A stretch of DNA of 64,000 nt from Rheinheimera sp. (lineage in GTDB: Bacteria > Pseudomonadota > Gammaproteobacteria > Enterobacterales > Alteromonadaceae), in assembly GCA_003482455.1 (NCBI GenBank), contig DMYW01000053.1:7448-71447 (forward strand), written 5' to 3'. The number at the start of each line of letters is the position of its first letter. Position 1 is the first letter of the stretch. This document shows positions 41,111-53,729 of the stretch, piece by piece. The position numbers and the translations under genes were made by a program. The notes under the pieces are model-generated. The model searched no databases and was not told the DNA's origin. It saw nothing but the letters and a program-made list of their open reading frames with translations.

Positions 41111-42961
41111 ATGGCAGGGTACAGCGGATGGTGGATGGGCTTGTTGGCGCTGTGGATCGGTTATGCCGAGGCGGCCAGCTATCAAGTGGTCCCCTGCGCG
41201 GATAGCCGTCTGGCAAAGTCTGTCGAATGTGGTGTGTTGACGGTACCGCGTGATCGCCTACAACCGGACCTTGGTAATTTTGAACTGGCAGTCGTGCGTA
41301 AAAAAGCCGCTCAACCGCAAGGTGCGCCCATTTTGTATTTGCATGGCGGGCCGGGCAGTGGCATCACAGCGCAGGCGGCTTGGCTGTCAGACAACTTTGC
41401 GCCCGGCCACGACATAGTGCTGCTGGATCAACGGGGCAGCGGGCGCAGCCAACCGCGGCTGTGTGAATCCTTTAATAGCAAATTAGCTGCCTTAGTGCTT
41501 GGCTCAAGTGATGATGCAACTTGGCAGCAAAGTCGTCACGATCTGCTCGTGCAATGCGTCGAAGAAATGAACGCCGCTGGTTTTAAAGCGCACTTCTACG
41601 GCAGTGCAGCGACAGTGCAAGATGCTGAAGACTTGCGCCAAGCGCTGCAGATCCCCGCATGGAACCTCTACAGCGTTTCCTATGGCACAGTTGTCGCCAG
41701 TCGTTATCTTGCACAAGCGCCGCAAGCGCTAAAAGCCGTGGTGATGGATTCACCATACCTGCCAGATCCTTTGCTACATAGCTACCAGCAAAATCAACGT
41801 TATTTGGTCACGCAATTGCAGCAATTGTGTCGTGCCGACGCCGCCTGTACGCAGCAGTTTGGTGATTTGACGCAGTTGTACCAGCAAGCACTGACGCAGC
41901 TGGAATTGCAGCCTTTGATGCTGACGCTGCACAGCAGTGGCAAACCTTTTGTACTGACGTCGTTGAAATTGCAATATTTGCTGAACCTAGCGGCGAGTCA
42001 CAAAGCCAGCATGTCGATGATTGGCTGGTGGTTGCAAGCGGTGCAGCAACATCAACACGATGATTTGCAGTCCTTGTTGCAATTGGCACAAGGGGTCGAT
42101 GGCATCAATGTGGCGGCATTTTTGGGCGCTGAATGTAGCGAACGCGAGCGGTTGCATCAGCCAGACGGCGTCGATGCTCTGGAAAGTGTCATGAGTATTG
42201 GCAGCGACATTTGTCCGCGGTTCACGTCACAAGTGACGCCATGGCGTGGCCCGGTAGCGACGGACGTCCCAGTGCTATTGCTCAGTGGCGGCTTGGATTT
42301 GTTTCAACCCGATGCACAGCGATTTGCCAGTGTGCTAGGTCGTAGTAGCAACCATGTCGCAGTGCCGGCAGCGCTGCATCAAGTGATGTTCGAGAACCTG
42401 TGCATTGCTGACACTGTGCAGCAATTTTGGCAACAGCCGACTAGCTGGCAAGCGCCAAGTTGTTTGGCGAATTACCCGATGCAATCGATGGTCAGCGCCG
42501 CAATCAGCGACACCGAGATTGCGCAGTTGTGGCAACAGTTGTTCCAGGGCCAGCTGCCATGGACATTAGCCGCGTTGGCTTTGCTAATCGCCGCAGCATT
42601 GTTAGCGGGTTTGTTGTGGCCACTGCTAAGGTTAATTGGTCTAGTGGTCACGGGGCAGTCGCGGCGCGTGCATGTAGGGCCGCTGAAAGGCGGGTCGGCC
42701 GTGTTATCCGTCTTGTGGTTGTTAGGTTATGCCGGCTTGGTGTTCAGTCTCGAACAAGCACTGCAACGGCAATCCGGCGAATGGTTGGCAGGATGGCCAC
42801 AATCAGCACTGCTGTGGCAACGCTGGTTGGTGTTTTTGTTGTTACCGGCCGCCATTTTGATGCATCAGGCATTGCGCTTTCGAGCGCTGCGCCAAGCACT
42901 GACGCAAGCTTTGTGGTGCGCCGCGGCGTTGTTAGCGATGGCGCTGCATCTAATCCCGTAG
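41111..42961 (+). CDS. Exported TAP-like (S33) alpha/beta hydrolase with C-terminal TM helices
   Basis: ECGVLTVP, HGGPG, DQRGSGRS, SVSYGT, LLLSGGLD; hydrophobic C-terminus. Confidence 0.85.
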   Translation: MAGYSGWWMGLLALWIGYAEAASYQVVPCADSRLAKSVECGVLTVPRDRLQPDLGNFELAVVRKKAAQPQGAPILYLHGGPGSGITAQAAWLSDNFAPGHDIVLLDQRGSGRSQPRLCESFNSKLAALVLGSSDDATWQQSRHDLLVQCVEEMNAAGFKAHFYGSAATVQDAEDLRQALQIPAWNLYSVSYGTVVASRYLAQAPQALKAVVMDSPYLPDPLLHSYQQNQRYLVTQLQQLCRADAACTQQFGDLTQLYQQALTQLELQPLMLTLHSSGKPFVLTSLKLQYLLNLAASHKASMSMIGWWLQAVQQHQHDDLQSLLQLAQGVDGINVAAFLGAECSERERLHQPDGVDALESVMSIGSDICPRFTSQVTPWRGPVATDVPVLLLSGGLDLFQPDAQRFASVLGRSSNHVAVPAALHQVMFENLCIADTVQQFWQQPTSWQAPSCLANYPMQSMVSAAISDTEIAQLWQQLFQGQLPWTLAALALLIAAALLAGLLWPLLRLIGLVVTGQSRRVHVGPLKGGSAVLSVLWLLGYAGLVFSLEQALQRQSGEWLAGWPQSALLWQRWLVFLLLPAAILMHQALRFRALRQALTQALWCAAALLAMALHLIP

Positions 42962-43128
42962 TTGAGAGTGTTTGGCCAATGCGTTGAATTGCATGCGGTT
43001 TGCGATGAGACCTACGCCAAGTCGCCAGCAGGCTTCGTAGAAGAAGCGGTTGTGCAAATTTTCGGTAAATTCACTTCGGACAACCAGTCTTGGCTGGTAA
43101 TGTCCAGCCAATGATTTGGAGGCCACTG

Positions 43129-44265
43129 ATGTATCAGGTCGTCGCGATAAGTCATGATCCGACCGTATTGAGCCTGTTGAAAAACTACTGCCAAAGCAGC
43201 GATTTGCGCTGGCAATTACGGGTGTTTCCAACCCCTGGCAGTTTTTTAAGTGCGCCAAGCAACCATGAACAAATTGACTTGTTGTTGTTTGATTCGCAAA
43301 GCAGTGCCTCAGCGCTGGAAGAACGGCGCCTGGCGTGCTTTATGGCACCGTTGGCACTGCGCGTGGTGGTGACCACGCCAGAACATGAAGATGTGGTGAT
43401 CAACCATTTATCCATGTTCCACAGTTTTGTCAGTCGCGACTTGAACTATGAGCATCTGACACAGTTGTTTGCCAATGCCGAGCGGCTGGCTGATTTGCCA
43501 CTGCGCGAACACGAGCGGCATGTAATCGGCAAGCTGACCGATTACCCGGTGTTTCCAAGTATTTGCACTGAACTGCGGCAATTGATGGAAAACCCGAAAG
43601 TTGGGGTGCCTGATGTGGCCAAGCTGGTTGCACGTGACCCGCTGATCGTGTCGCGCTTGTTGCAGCTGGTCAATTCGCCGTACATGGGGTTTGCCAGCGA
43701 AACCTATTCGCTGGAAACCGCGATTAGTCGACTTGGCTTTCAGCTGCTGCAAACGCTGGTGTTGATGCTGACGATTAAAGCGCAACAAGAACAGCAGCAA
43801 CCGGAATTAGCGCAGGTGCTGGAGCAACAGCTGGCGTTTGCCGGTGAGTGCCGGCAGCTGGCGCAACAAGTGCGCTTGAGCCGCGTGTTGCAAGATCAGG
43901 TGTATATCGCGGCGATTTTAAGTGGCTTTGGCAAACTGATTTTGCTGCGCAACGGCTGTACCGAAGATGACGTGGAATTGCAACCACCGGCCAGCACGGC
44001 GGGGCAGCCAGACAAGCAGTATGTGAGTTATTTGGCGGTATCGGCGTTTGTATTGACCCTGTGGGGCTTTGACGACTCGTTGGTATCGACAGTGCTGAAT
44101 CAACAGCAATGGCGGGATGGCAATCTGTACCAAGTCAGCCAATGCCTGTGGGTCGCACGAATGCAACAAGACAACGCATTATTAGCGCAAGATGCTGAAA
44201 TGCATGAAAAACTTCGAAAATCAGGTTATGCGTCGCTGCTGCCGCAGGTGCACAGCTCAGCGTAG
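43129..44265 (+). CDS. HDOD-domain signalling protein with degenerate N-terminal receiver-like domain
   Basis: DPLIVSRLLQLVNSPYMG...LETAISRLG; LWGF; N-terminal DLLLFD. Confidence 0.85.
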   Translation: MYQVVAISHDPTVLSLLKNYCQSSDLRWQLRVFPTPGSFLSAPSNHEQIDLLLFDSQSSASALEERRLACFMAPLALRVVVTTPEHEDVVINHLSMFHSFVSRDLNYEHLTQLFANAERLADLPLREHERHVIGKLTDYPVFPSICTELRQLMENPKVGVPDVAKLVARDPLIVSRLLQLVNSPYMGFASETYSLETAISRLGFQLLQTLVLMLTIKAQQEQQQPELAQVLEQQLAFAGECRQLAQQVRLSRVLQDQVYIAAILSGFGKLILLRNGCTEDDVELQPPASTAGQPDKQYVSYLAVSAFVLTLWGFDDSLVSTVLNQQQWRDGNLYQVSQCLWVARMQQDNALLAQDAEMHEKLRKSGYASLLPQVHSSA

Positions 44266-44315
44266 ACATTTAGCACAGCCGTGATGGCTGTACCAACCAG
44301 TAGGATATGTAGGGT

Positions 44316-45590
44316 ATGCAGTGGACTAGAACAACAGTAGCAATTCTCGTCGTCGCCATCGCAGGCGGAGCATGGTTGTATCACAGGTCCACAGTTCCCG
44401 AAGTCGCCGGCCCAGCAGGCAGCGCCGCAGGTCCAGCGGGCAGTGCTGGCGCACCAAGCGGCGGGCCACGCGCCGGTGGTCCGCGTGGCATGGGCGGCGG
44501 CATGTGGAATGCACCTGTGCCGGTGCGCGTGGTGCCGGTCGAAAGTGGCGATTTAAAACTGCAATTTAAAACCATCGGCACTGCCGTGGCACTCAACACC
44601 GTGGTCGTGCAGTCCCGCGTTAGTGGCCCTTTGTTGGCACTGAAGTTCACGGAAGGGCAAAAAGTGCAGGCCGGTGAGGTGCTGGCACAAATCGACCCCG
44701 CCTTGTATCAAGTCAAGCTGGCGCAAGCCGAAGGCCAACTGCAACAAAACCTAGCGCAACTGAAAAACGCCGAAGCGGATTTAGCCTTGTATGCGCAGCT
44801 CAAAGAGAAGAACTCGATTTCGCGGCAACAATACAACGCGCAACAAGCCTTAGTGAACCAACTGCGCGGCAGTTTGAAATCCAATGAAGCGCAAGTGGCA
44901 GCGGCCAAGCTGGAACTGTCATGGACGCAAATCAAAGCGCCGATCAGCGGTCGCACCGGCTTGCGCAAAGTCGATGTGGGCAACTTGGTGCAAGCCAATA
45001 ACGCCGACGGTTTAGTCACTATTACGCAAAGTGAACCGATTTACGTCAGCTTCTCGATCCCAGAGGCGCAGCTGCAAGCACTACGTGTAGCGGTGAAACA
45101 AGCGCAAGAGGGCGGTGGCAAACTGGCGGTTGAAGCGTGGGATCGCGCCGAGCAGCAACTGCTCAGTCGCGGTGAATTAACCACGCTGGATAACCAAATT
45201 GATGTCGCCACCGGCACCTTAAAGCTCAAAGCCGAGTTTGCCAACGCTGACGGCAGCTTGTTCCCGAACCAGTTTGTGAATGTGCGGCTGACCATCGCTG
45301 AAAAAACCAATGCCATGACCATCCCGCAAGATGCCGTGCAATACAGTGCGGAAGGGCCGTTTGTTTATGTGATCGTGGATAAAAAAGCCGAAAAACGTCC
45401 GCTGACTTTAGGCGTGGCGGACAATGGTCGAATTGAAATTCTCAAAGGCCTACAAGCAGGTGAGCAGGTGGTGATGGAGGGGTTGGACCGGTTACGGCCG
45501 GGGCGTGAGGTGGAAGTGCTCGGCGACAACCCTGCACCTGCATCTGATGCGCAGCCCAAGTCACATCGTCCACAACCAGCGCAGGGCTAA
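44316..45590 (+). CDS. mdtA: MdtA-like RND adaptor
   Basis: SRVSG, IKAPISGRTGLRKVDVGN, DNQIDVATGT, LFPNQFVN. Confidence 0.92.
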   Translation: MQWTRTTVAILVVAIAGGAWLYHRSTVPEVAGPAGSAAGPAGSAGAPSGGPRAGGPRGMGGGMWNAPVPVRVVPVESGDLKLQFKTIGTAVALNTVVVQSRVSGPLLALKFTEGQKVQAGEVLAQIDPALYQVKLAQAEGQLQQNLAQLKNAEADLALYAQLKEKNSISRQQYNAQQALVNQLRGSLKSNEAQVAAAKLELSWTQIKAPISGRTGLRKVDVGNLVQANNADGLVTITQSEPIYVSFSIPEAQLQALRVAVKQAQEGGGKLAVEAWDRAEQQLLSRGELTTLDNQIDVATGTLKLKAEFANADGSLFPNQFVNVRLTIAEKTNAMTIPQDAVQYSAEGPFVYVIVDKKAEKRPLTLGVADNGRIEILKGLQAGEQVVMEGLDRLRPGREVEVLGDNPAPASDAQPKSHRPQPAQG

Positions 45591-45593
45591 ACC

Positions 45594-48500
45594 ATGTTGT
45601 TATCCAAGCCTTTTATTTTACGGCCGGTTGCCACCGCGCTGCTGATGCTGGCGGTGTTGATCGCCGGTATGCTGGGCTATCGCCAGCTGCCGGTTGCGGC
45701 ATTGCCGCAAGTGGATTATCCGATTATTCAAGTGTTTACCTTCTATCCAGGTGCTAGCCCAGACGTGATGGCGCGCACAGTCACTGCACCACTGGAACGG
45801 CGTTTAGGGCAAATTCCGGGGCTGAAACAACTGTCGAGTTCCAGCAGCGGCGGCAGCTCGATGATCACCTTGCAGTTTGCACTGACCGTCGACATGGGCG
45901 TGGCCGAACAAGAAGTGCAATCAGCGATGAACACTGCGTCATCCTTATTGCCGAATGATTTACCAGCCCCGCCGATCTACCGCAAAGTAAACCCTGCCGA
46001 TGCGCCGATTTTAACGCTGGCGATTAGCTCAGACACCATGCCGCTGCCGCAAGTGTATGACTTAGTGGATACGCGAATGGCGCAAAAAATCGCCCAGCTC
46101 GAAGGCGTTGGTATGGTGTCGATCGCGGGTGGTCAGCGGCCGGCTATTCGTGTCAAAGCCAACCCAACCGCGCTGGCGGGGTTGGGTTTGACCTTGGATT
46201 CCCTGCGCAGTGCTATCAGCAATGCCAATACCAATTTGCCCAAAGGCAGCTTCGATGGCCCTGTGCGTTCGACCATGCTCGACGCCAACGATCAAATTCG
46301 CACACCGGAGCAATTTCGTGACTTGATTGTCAGTTACCAAGGCAATTCACCGGTGCGGTTGGGCGATGTCGCCAGCGTTGAACAAGGTGCCGAGGACCGT
46401 TTTTTGGCGGCGTGGGCCAACAATCAACCGGCGGTACTGCTCAATATCCAGCGCCAACCCGGTTCTAACGTGATTGACGTCGCCGACGGCGTGCGCGAAT
46501 TGCTGCCGCAACTGCAAGCCACCTTGCCGGCCGGGTTAACCGTGACTGAGTTAACAGATCGCACCTTGAGTATTCGTGCTTCGGTGCATGATGTGCAAAT
46601 GGAGTTGCTGTTCGCGATTGGCCTGGTGGTGGCGGTGACTTTTGCGTTTTTACGCACCATCCCGGCGACTATTATCCCGTCGCTGGCGGTGCCGCTGAGT
46701 TTAGTCGGCACTTTTGCTGTGATGTATCTGCTTGATTTTTCGATTAATAACTTAACCTTGATGGCACTTGTGATCGCCACGGGTTTTGTCGTCGATGACG
46801 CGATTGTCATGCTGGAAAACATTGCGCGGCATCGCGAGATGGGTAAACCGGCGTTGCAAGCAGCGATTGAGGGCGCGCGTGAAATCGGCTTTACGCTGAT
46901 TTCGTTAACCTTTTCGTTGATCGCCGTGTTGATCCCGCTGCTGTTTATGGCCGATGTGGTCGGGCGTTTATTTTATGAATTCGCCGTGACGCTGGCCGTG
47001 GCTATTGCCATTAGTTTGCTGGTGTCGTTGACACTGACGCCGATGCTGTGCGCGCGTTTGCTGAAAACCTTACCGGCGCATGACGAGCAGCATGGCCTAA
47101 TGGCGCAGATTGTCGCGCGTTACGGCAACGGCTTGCAGTGGATTTTGGCGCATCAACGGGTGGGGCTTGGCTTGATGGCCGCGTCTGTGCTGGCCACTGT
47201 CGCTTTGTATTTCGCGGTGCCGAAAGGCTTTTTCCCTGTGCAAGACAGCGGCGTCATTCAAATTATCACCGAAGCACCGCAAGATATTTCGTTTGCGCAA
47301 ATGGCCACGCGTCAACAGCAATTGGCGCAAGCACTCAGCGACGACCCTGCGGTGCAAAGTAGCAGTTCGTTTATCGGTGTCGATGGCAGCAATGTCAGCC
47401 TCAATAGCGGCCGGATCTTGTTGAATTTACAGCCACATGCTGCACGTGATGAGCATGCATTGACCATCATCAATCGCTTACAAGCCAAAGCGCAACACGT
47501 CAGCGGCATCACTGCCTGGTTCCAAAGTGTGCAGGAGTTGTCGATTGAAGACAAAATCAGTCGCACGCAATATCAGTTCACCTTGACGCACCCGGAACAA
47601 GACGAATTAAGCGCTGTGTTACCTGATCTGCTGGCGGCACTGCGCGCACGGCCAGAACTCGCTGATGTAGCGCATGACTTACAGACACAAGCGCTGCAAG
47701 CCTATGTCGATATTGACCGCCAAGCGGCTTCTCGTTTGGGGATTAGCGTGGCGCAAATCGGCACCGCGCTGCAAAACGCCTACAGTCAGCGGCAAATCAC
47801 CACTTTGTTTACCCAAGCCAACCAATATCGAGTGATTTTGGAGATAGACCCTGCGCAGGCGCAAGGCTTAGCGGCCTTGGATAGTTTGTACTTGGCGGCG
47901 GCAGGTGGCCGCTCAGTGCCATTGTCGAGTGTGGCCGTGGTGTCGCAGCGTCCGGCCAAGCTGTTGATCAATCATCAAGGGCAGTTCCCGTCGGTGACGC
48001 TGTCGTTTAACCTGGCCGATGGTTATTCCTTGGGTGATGCGATTGCCGCCATTGACGAGGTCAAAGCACAGCTGCAGATGCCGGCATCGTTTGAACTCAG
48101 TTACCAAGGCGCGGCCGAAGCGTTTCGCGCTTCTTTAAGCAACACCTTATGGCTGATTTTGGCGGCCGTCGTCACCATGTACATCGTACTTGGCGTGTTG
48201 TATGAAAGTTTGATCCACCCGGTGACCATTTTGTCGACGCTGCCGTCGGCGACCGTGGGTGCTTTGTTGGCGCTGCTGCTGGCGGGACAGCCACTGGATC
48301 TGATTGCCGTGATCGGCATCGTACTGCTGATTGGCTTGGTGAAGAAAAACGGCATCATGATGGTCGACTTTGCGCTAGAAGCGCAGCGCCAGCAGGGCCT
48401 GTCACCACGTGAAGCCATCTATCAAGCAGCGTTGATGCGCTTCCGGCCGATTTTAATGACTACGCTCGCCGCACTGTTTGGCGCCGTGCCCTTGTTGCTG

Positions 48501-48680
48501 GCCAGTGGCAGTGGCGCCGAATTACGGCAACCGCTGGGTTTGGTGATGATTGGCGGCTTGTTGGTTAGCCAAGTGCTGACGCTGTTCACTACGCCTGTGG
48601 TGTATTTATGGTTTGACCGGCATTTTGCCAGTACAAAGCAGATCGAACCGGCAACGCCAAGCACGGAGCCACAGTCATGA
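45594..48680 (+). CDS. mdtB: MdtB-like RND permease
   Basis: [46 protein letters not shown]. Confidence 0.93.
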   Translation: MLLSKPFILRPVATALLMLAVLIAGMLGYRQLPVAALPQVDYPIIQVFTFYPGASPDVMARTVTAPLERRLGQIPGLKQLSSSSSGGSSMITLQFALTVDMGVAEQEVQSAMNTASSLLPNDLPAPPIYRKVNPADAPILTLAISSDTMPLPQVYDLVDTRMAQKIAQLEGVGMVSIAGGQRPAIRVKANPTALAGLGLTLDSLRSAISNANTNLPKGSFDGPVRSTMLDANDQIRTPEQFRDLIVSYQGNSPVRLGDVASVEQGAEDRFLAAWANNQPAVLLNIQRQPGSNVIDVADGVRELLPQLQATLPAGLTVTELTDRTLSIRASVHDVQMELLFAIGLVVAVTFAFLRTIPATIIPSLAVPLSLVGTFAVMYLLDFSINNLTLMALVIATGFVVDDAIVMLENIARHREMGKPALQAAIEGAREIGFTLISLTFSLIAVLIPLLFMADVVGRLFYEFAVTLAVAIAISLLVSLTLTPMLCARLLKTLPAHDEQHGLMAQIVARYGNGLQWILAHQRVGLGLMAASVLATVALYFAVPKGFFPVQDSGVIQIITEAPQDISFAQMATRQQQLAQALSDDPAVQSSSSFIGVDGSNVSLNSGRILLNLQPHAARDEHALTIINRLQAKAQHVSGITAWFQSVQELSIEDKISRTQYQFTLTHPEQDELSAVLPDLLAALRARPELADVAHDLQTQALQAYVDIDRQAASRLGISVAQIGTALQNAYSQRQITTLFTQANQYRVILEIDPAQAQGLAALDSLYLAAAGGRSVPLSSVAVVSQRPAKLLINHQGQFPSVTLSFNLADGYSLGDAIAAIDEVKAQLQMPASFELSYQGAAEAFRASLSNTLWLILAAVVTMYIVLGVLYESLIHPVTILSTLPSATVGALLALLLAGQPLDLIAVIGIVLLIGLVKKNGIMMVDFALEAQRQQGLSPREAIYQAALMRFRPILMTTLAALFGAVPLLLASGSGAELRQPLGLVMIGGLLVSQVLTLFTTPVVYLWFDRHFASTKQIEPATPSTEPQS

Positions 48681-51600
48681 ACTGGTCGGTGGCCTTGATC
48701 CAGCGACCGATCGCCAGCAGCTTGTTGGCGCTGTCGATTGTGTTGCTTGGAATACTCAGTTGGCGCATGTTGCCGGTCTCGCCGCTGCCGGCGGTCGATT
48801 TCCCGATGATTGTGGTGACAGCACAATTACCCGGCGCGAGTCCAGCGTCGATGGCCGCGACGGTCGCCACGCCACTCGAGCGCGCTTTAGGTTCGATTTC
48901 CGGCATTCGGCGCATCAGCTCGGCGTCGAACCAAGGTTCGACCAATATTCGGCTGGAGTTTGAACTCGAGCGCGATGTCGACGACGCCGCCCGCGAAGTG
49001 CAAGCGGCGATCAATCAAGTGCGCGCCCAGTTGCCAGCAGGCATGCCCGGCAACCCGACCTACCGCAAAATGAACCCGTCACAGATGCCGGTGATGGCGT
49101 TGGCCTTGTCATCTGATACGGTGGCCATGTCGGAGTTGTACGACACGGCATCGACGATCATTGCCCAAAAAATTGCGCAAATTCAGGGCGTTGGCGAAGT
49201 GGAGATCTCCGGTTCGTCACTGCCCGCCGTGCGGGTGCAACTCAATCCCGGCATGCTCAGCCATTTTGGGGTGGCGCTGGATGAAGTGCGCCAGGCCATC
49301 AATAGCGTCAACTCCAATGTGCCGCTTGGCGTGGTCGAACAAGGTGAAACGCGCTGGCAACTGGCGCTGAGTCAAACGCTGCGCAGCGCCGCGGATTATC
49401 AGCAGTTGGTGGTGAAAGTTGTCAACGGCACGCCGATTTATTTAGGGGATGTGGCGAAGGTGACGGACTCGGTGGAAAACCGCTACAGCTCGGGGTTTCA
49501 TAACGACAAACCGGCGGTCGTGCTGCAAATTAGCCGGCGTAGCGGCGCCAACATTGTCGAAACTATCGACCGCATCTATGCGCAAATGCCGCAACTGCAA
49601 GCCTTGGTGCCACAAGGCGCAACGCTGGCGGTGACCATGGATCGCTCACCGGTGATCCGCGCTACCTTGCATGAAGCCGAGATCAGCCTCGCTGTGGCGA
49701 TTGTGCTGGTGGCTGGCGTGGTGCTGTTGTTCTTGCGCAGTTGGCGCAGTGCCATGATCCCAGCGTTGACATTGCCCGTGTCGCTGATTGGTGCTTTTAG
49801 CGTGATGTGGCTGTTTGGTTTTTCACTGAATAACCTGTCCTTGATGGCGCTGATTGTCGCTAGTGGTTTAGTGGTCGATGATGCGATTGTGGTGCTGGAA
49901 AATACCCGTCGGCACTTAGAGCAAGGCAAGTCGCCATTTGCTGCGGCGCTGGCAGGTGCGCGTGAAGTCGGTAGCACCTTGGTGGCGATGAACTTGGCCT
50001 TGGTGGTGATGTTTTTGTCGATCTTGTTTATGGGCGGCATGGTCGAACGTTTATTCCGCGAGTTTTCTATTAGTTTGGTCGGCGCCATGTTGATCTCGCT
50101 GTTGGTATCGGTGACTTTAACGCCGGGTTTGTGTGCACGCTTGTTGCGCCGGCCACAGCTGAGTGTCCACAGTGCGCAAGAAGTGGGTGCGCAACAGGTG
50201 GGTGTCCAGAGTTCGCAAGCGCAGGCGGCCGCTATTTGCTCGACCAAAGTGCCTGCCACCGAGGTGGCGCAAAGTTCGCAGCAGAAGACTGCGCCAGCGG
50301 CTGGTTTTGCCCGCTGGCAACAGGCCTATCGCCGCGCGCTGCAGCTTGGTTTGCAGCATAAAGCTTGGTTACTGGCCTTGATGTTTGGTTTTGCCGGCGG
50401 TTCGGTGTGGCTGTTTCAGCAGCTGCCTGGCGGCATGTTGCCGGACCAAGACACAGGTCAGCTGAACGGTTTTGTCCGCGGTGATGATGGCTTCTCGTAT
50501 CAAATGATGCAGCCGAAAATCGACGCCTATCGGCAGTTTTTGTTAAAAGATCCGGCGATCGCCGATGTCACAGGCGCGTCCGGGGGCACTATGGGCACCA
50601 GCAATTCGATGCTGCGGGTGCGGCTAAAACCACTGAGCGAACGGCATGAATCGGCGCAAGAAGTGGTCAATCGCATTCGCATGACTGCGCCGAAAATCGC
50701 CGGCGGCATGATGTTCTTAAGTGTCGATCAAGACATTCGTTTATCGTCGCCATTTGCCAGCAGCGACTACGAAGTATTGCTGCGCTCTGGTGAGTTGGAT
50801 TTGCTGCGCACTTGGAGCAAAAAAGTCGCTGAACGCATGAAAGAAATGCCGGAGCTGACGGACGTCAACACCCCAGGTGGTGAAGATACCCAACAAATCG
50901 TGCTGAAGATCGACCGCGAAGCGGCACAGCGTTTGGGTATCGATATGCGCACCATTGCGACCATGTTGTCCAACTCGTTTTCGCAGCGCCAAGTCGCCAC
51001 CTTGTACGATGAAATGAACCAATATCGTATCGTGATGGAAGTCACCCCGGGTTACACGGCGCAGCCAGAAGTGCTCAAGCAACTGATGCTGATTAACAAA
51101 GCTGGGCAGCAAGTGCCGTTGTCGGCGATCGCCAGTTATGACTATGGTTTGGCCAATGACCGCATTCGCCGTGATGCGATGTTTGCCTCGGTCGGCATTG
51201 GTTATGCGCTGGCGCCAAACGTCAGCGCGGAGCAAGCGGCGCAGGCGATTGACCGCATGTTGGCCGAAGTGATGCTACCGACCGCGGTGATCGCCACCAA
51301 TGGCGAAGATCAGCGCAACGCGGTGTTTTCGCAAGGTGACCAACTCTGGTTGTTTGTTGGGGTCATAGTCGCAGTGTATTTGCTGCTAGGCATCTTGTAC
51401 GAAAGCCTGTTGCAGCCACTGACTATTTTATCGACCTTACCCAGTGCCGCTTTTGGTGCTTTGTTGACCTTGTATTTCACCGCGACGCCGCTGAATTTGA
51501 TTGCCCAACTCGGCTTGTTTTTGTTGGTGGGGATCTCAATGAAAAATGCCATTTTGTTGGTGGACTTTGCGCTAACGGCTGAACGCAGCGGTTTGTCGGC

Positions 51601-51853
51601 ATTCGATGCGGTGCTGCAAGCGGCTGAACAACGGCTGCGGCCGATCCTGATGACCAATCTGGCGGCCATGCTCGGCGCGGTACCGCTGCTGATTGGCATG
51701 GGTGAAGGCTCAGAACTGCGCCAACCCCTCGGGATCACTATCGTCGGCGGCCTGCTGGTTTCGCAGTTGTTGACGCTATTTTCAACACCTGCCGTGTATC
51801 TGGTATTGAGTCGGTTTCGCCGCAATACGCCGCAATTGGTGCCACAGATGTAA
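48677..51853 (+). CDS. mdtC: MdtC-like RND permease
   Basis: [40 protein letters not shown] overlap with mdtB. Confidence 0.92.
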   Translation: MNWSVALIQRPIASSLLALSIVLLGILSWRMLPVSPLPAVDFPMIVVTAQLPGASPASMAATVATPLERALGSISGIRRISSASNQGSTNIRLEFELERDVDDAAREVQAAINQVRAQLPAGMPGNPTYRKMNPSQMPVMALALSSDTVAMSELYDTASTIIAQKIAQIQGVGEVEISGSSLPAVRVQLNPGMLSHFGVALDEVRQAINSVNSNVPLGVVEQGETRWQLALSQTLRSAADYQQLVVKVVNGTPIYLGDVAKVTDSVENRYSSGFHNDKPAVVLQISRRSGANIVETIDRIYAQMPQLQALVPQGATLAVTMDRSPVIRATLHEAEISLAVAIVLVAGVVLLFLRSWRSAMIPALTLPVSLIGAFSVMWLFGFSLNNLSLMALIVASGLVVDDAIVVLENTRRHLEQGKSPFAAALAGAREVGSTLVAMNLALVVMFLSILFMGGMVERLFREFSISLVGAMLISLLVSVTLTPGLCARLLRRPQLSVHSAQEVGAQQVGVQSSQAQAAAICSTKVPATEVAQSSQQKTAPAAGFARWQQAYRRALQLGLQHKAWLLALMFGFAGGSVWLFQQLPGGMLPDQDTGQLNGFVRGDDGFSYQMMQPKIDAYRQFLLKDPAIADVTGASGGTMGTSNSMLRVRLKPLSERHESAQEVVNRIRMTAPKIAGGMMFLSVDQDIRLSSPFASSDYEVLLRSGELDLLRTWSKKVAERMKEMPELTDVNTPGGEDTQQIVLKIDREAAQRLGIDMRTIATMLSNSFSQRQVATLYDEMNQYRIVMEVTPGYTAQPEVLKQLMLINKAGQQVPLSAIASYDYGLANDRIRRDAMFASVGIGYALAPNVSAEQAAQAIDRMLAEVMLPTAVIATNGEDQRNAVFSQGDQLWLFVGVIVAVYLLLGILYESLLQPLTILSTLPSAAFGALLTLYFTATPLNLIAQLGLFLLVGISMKNAILLVDFALTAERSGLSAFDAVLQAAEQRLRPILMTNLAAMLGAVPLLIGMGEGSELRQPLGITIVGGLLVSQLLTLFSTPAVYLVLSRFRRNTPQLVPQM

Positions 51854-51888
51854 CAACTAAGTTGCTGTTTGGCGTTTTTTTGGCAAAG

Positions 51889-51913
51889 ATGGAGCTGATA
51901 AGGCTCCATTTTT
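51889..51913 (+). terminator. Intrinsic terminator after mdtC
   Basis: ATGGAGC-TGATAAG-GCTCCAT-TTTT. Confidence 0.7.
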
Positions 51914-51931
51914 GTTTTGACAGGAAAAATC

Positions 51932-53701
51932 ATGAAAAGACTACTCGGGCTGTTGGCGTGCGTGCTGTGGTTAAGCGGCTGTGCGTCAGGGATCAAAAAC
52001 GCGAATTTGAGCAAAACCAGTAAACTAGGTCCGCAGGATGGGATGGTGGCGATCCAAGTGATCAACAACGCCGAACGGTTATCAGGCTACCACGAGAATT
52101 GGACTTCGGTTTATGCCGTCCGTATCGACAACATGAAAGCCTTAAAAGCAGCAGCGATTGCCAAAGCCAAAGAAAAAGCGAAAGGCCAAGCCATCAACGA
52201 AGACAAAGTGGACTGGGATCCTGACATGTATTCCATGGACCCGATTAGCGCAGGCGCGATCGGCAGTCAGCTGTTTGTCGGCACTATGCCGGCGGGGGAA
52301 TACATCATTTCATCGTTGTACGCCTATTACACCGACGGCAATATGTCGAGCTGGGTGTCGATGAAAGTTGGCTACGAAGGCGGAACTTTTGTGGTGAAAC
52401 CACAAGAATTTGCTAACTTGGGGAGTGTGGTGTTTCAACCGCTAAAGAGCATCCGTCAGCTCAATTTCTGGTCGCAAAACAACGGTCAACGCGCCTACGT
52501 CACGCGTTTACCACAAAACGCTGACTTATTGCCTTTTGTCAAAACTATGTACCCGCAAGCCGCAGCGCAACTCAGTGCAACCAGCACTTCGGGTTGGAAA
52601 ACCGATGAGTTGGACGGATTCCGTGGCGACTTAGCCCAACTAAGTCGTGACAATGTATTGTTAACCGATGCTGCTGTACAGCATGGTCAGGCAACTTTGT
52701 TTGGTAAACTTGGGCAGTTACGCCAATTACACCAAGGGCGCTGGCAATCGGTAGATTTGCCAACCAATAGTCAAATTGGCGCTACTTTGCACGCGAGTGA
52801 CTTTACGTTGGTCGGCGCCGAACAAGGCGAAGTGTTTTTACAAACCAATACCAACAATAAATGGCAAGTATTGCGCCCTGTGTCGGCAGATGAAGCAGTG
52901 ATCAGTCTGGTGCAATCGGGCTCAGATTTTTTTGCGCTGACTCGGGCCAGTAAAGCGGTCAAAGTGTACCGTTTTGCCAAGCCAACTGACAGCTGGCAAG
53001 CAGTTGGCAATTTCCCGACCAAAGAAAGCGGTGCCTTCATTCGTTATGGCAACGCGTACATGATTGCAATCCTTGGCGGTGTTCGCGTATTTAACGATGT
53101 GTTTTTGAACGATTTTGCCAGTGGCACTAGTCAATGGACCACAGGTAAAACCGATGGTTTAATCCGTTTAGTGGATTTGGGTTCAGGTGTATTACTGGGG
53201 CTGGAAAGCAGCAGCTGGGACGGCATTGGCGACACAGTCTATAGCGCTGACTACGGTAAAACCTGGGTGACATTGGATCGCAGCAGCAGCTTTTGGGTAC
53301 AAAGTAAATTCGAATTCAGTTTACCGGCGCGTAGCGGCGACAAACTGGTGTTGATTGATTCAGTCGCTGAAACCACCACTGTCGATGGCAAGCCACAAAA
53401 GACCTCATCTTTACGCATTACTAGCAAACCGATCGCCGACATCGCCCGCAAAGGTGCATGGCAAGCACACGGCAAGGCCATTGCAGGCTGTGAAATCCTG
53501 CTGCCGCAAATCTCTGATGCCAAACGTATTTATGCCTTGTGCGAATACGGCAAAGTGGTCAGTACCGCTGACATGGGCCACAACTGGCAAACGGAAATCA
53601 ACGTCAACATCGAAGGGATGCAGAATAAGCAAGAGCAGTTTCTACTGAAATTGTTAGAGGACTTGAAAGCGCAAGAGTCGTCGGCTGCAGCTACTGACTA
53701 G
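51932..53701 (+). CDS. Lipoprotein with Asp-box/BNR beta-propeller repeats (paralog 1)
   Basis: Lipobox LSGC; SADYGKTW and TADMGHNW Asp-boxes. Confidence 0.8.
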   Translation: MKRLLGLLACVLWLSGCASGIKNANLSKTSKLGPQDGMVAIQVINNAERLSGYHENWTSVYAVRIDNMKALKAAAIAKAKEKAKGQAINEDKVDWDPDMYSMDPISAGAIGSQLFVGTMPAGEYIISSLYAYYTDGNMSSWVSMKVGYEGGTFVVKPQEFANLGSVVFQPLKSIRQLNFWSQNNGQRAYVTRLPQNADLLPFVKTMYPQAAAQLSATSTSGWKTDELDGFRGDLAQLSRDNVLLTDAAVQHGQATLFGKLGQLRQLHQGRWQSVDLPTNSQIGATLHASDFTLVGAEQGEVFLQTNTNNKWQVLRPVSADEAVISLVQSGSDFFALTRASKAVKVYRFAKPTDSWQAVGNFPTKESGAFIRYGNAYMIAILGGVRVFNDVFLNDFASGTSQWTTGKTDGLIRLVDLGSGVLLGLESSSWDGIGDTVYSADYGKTWVTLDRSSSFWVQSKFEFSLPARSGDKLVLIDSVAETTTVDGKPQKTSSLRITSKPIADIARKGAWQAHGKAIAGCEILLPQISDAKRIYALCEYGKVVSTADMGHNWQTEINVNIEGMQNKQEQFLLKLLEDLKAQESSAAATD

Positions 53702-53729
53702 TTATCTCCTTCATTCACTGATCAGCAAG

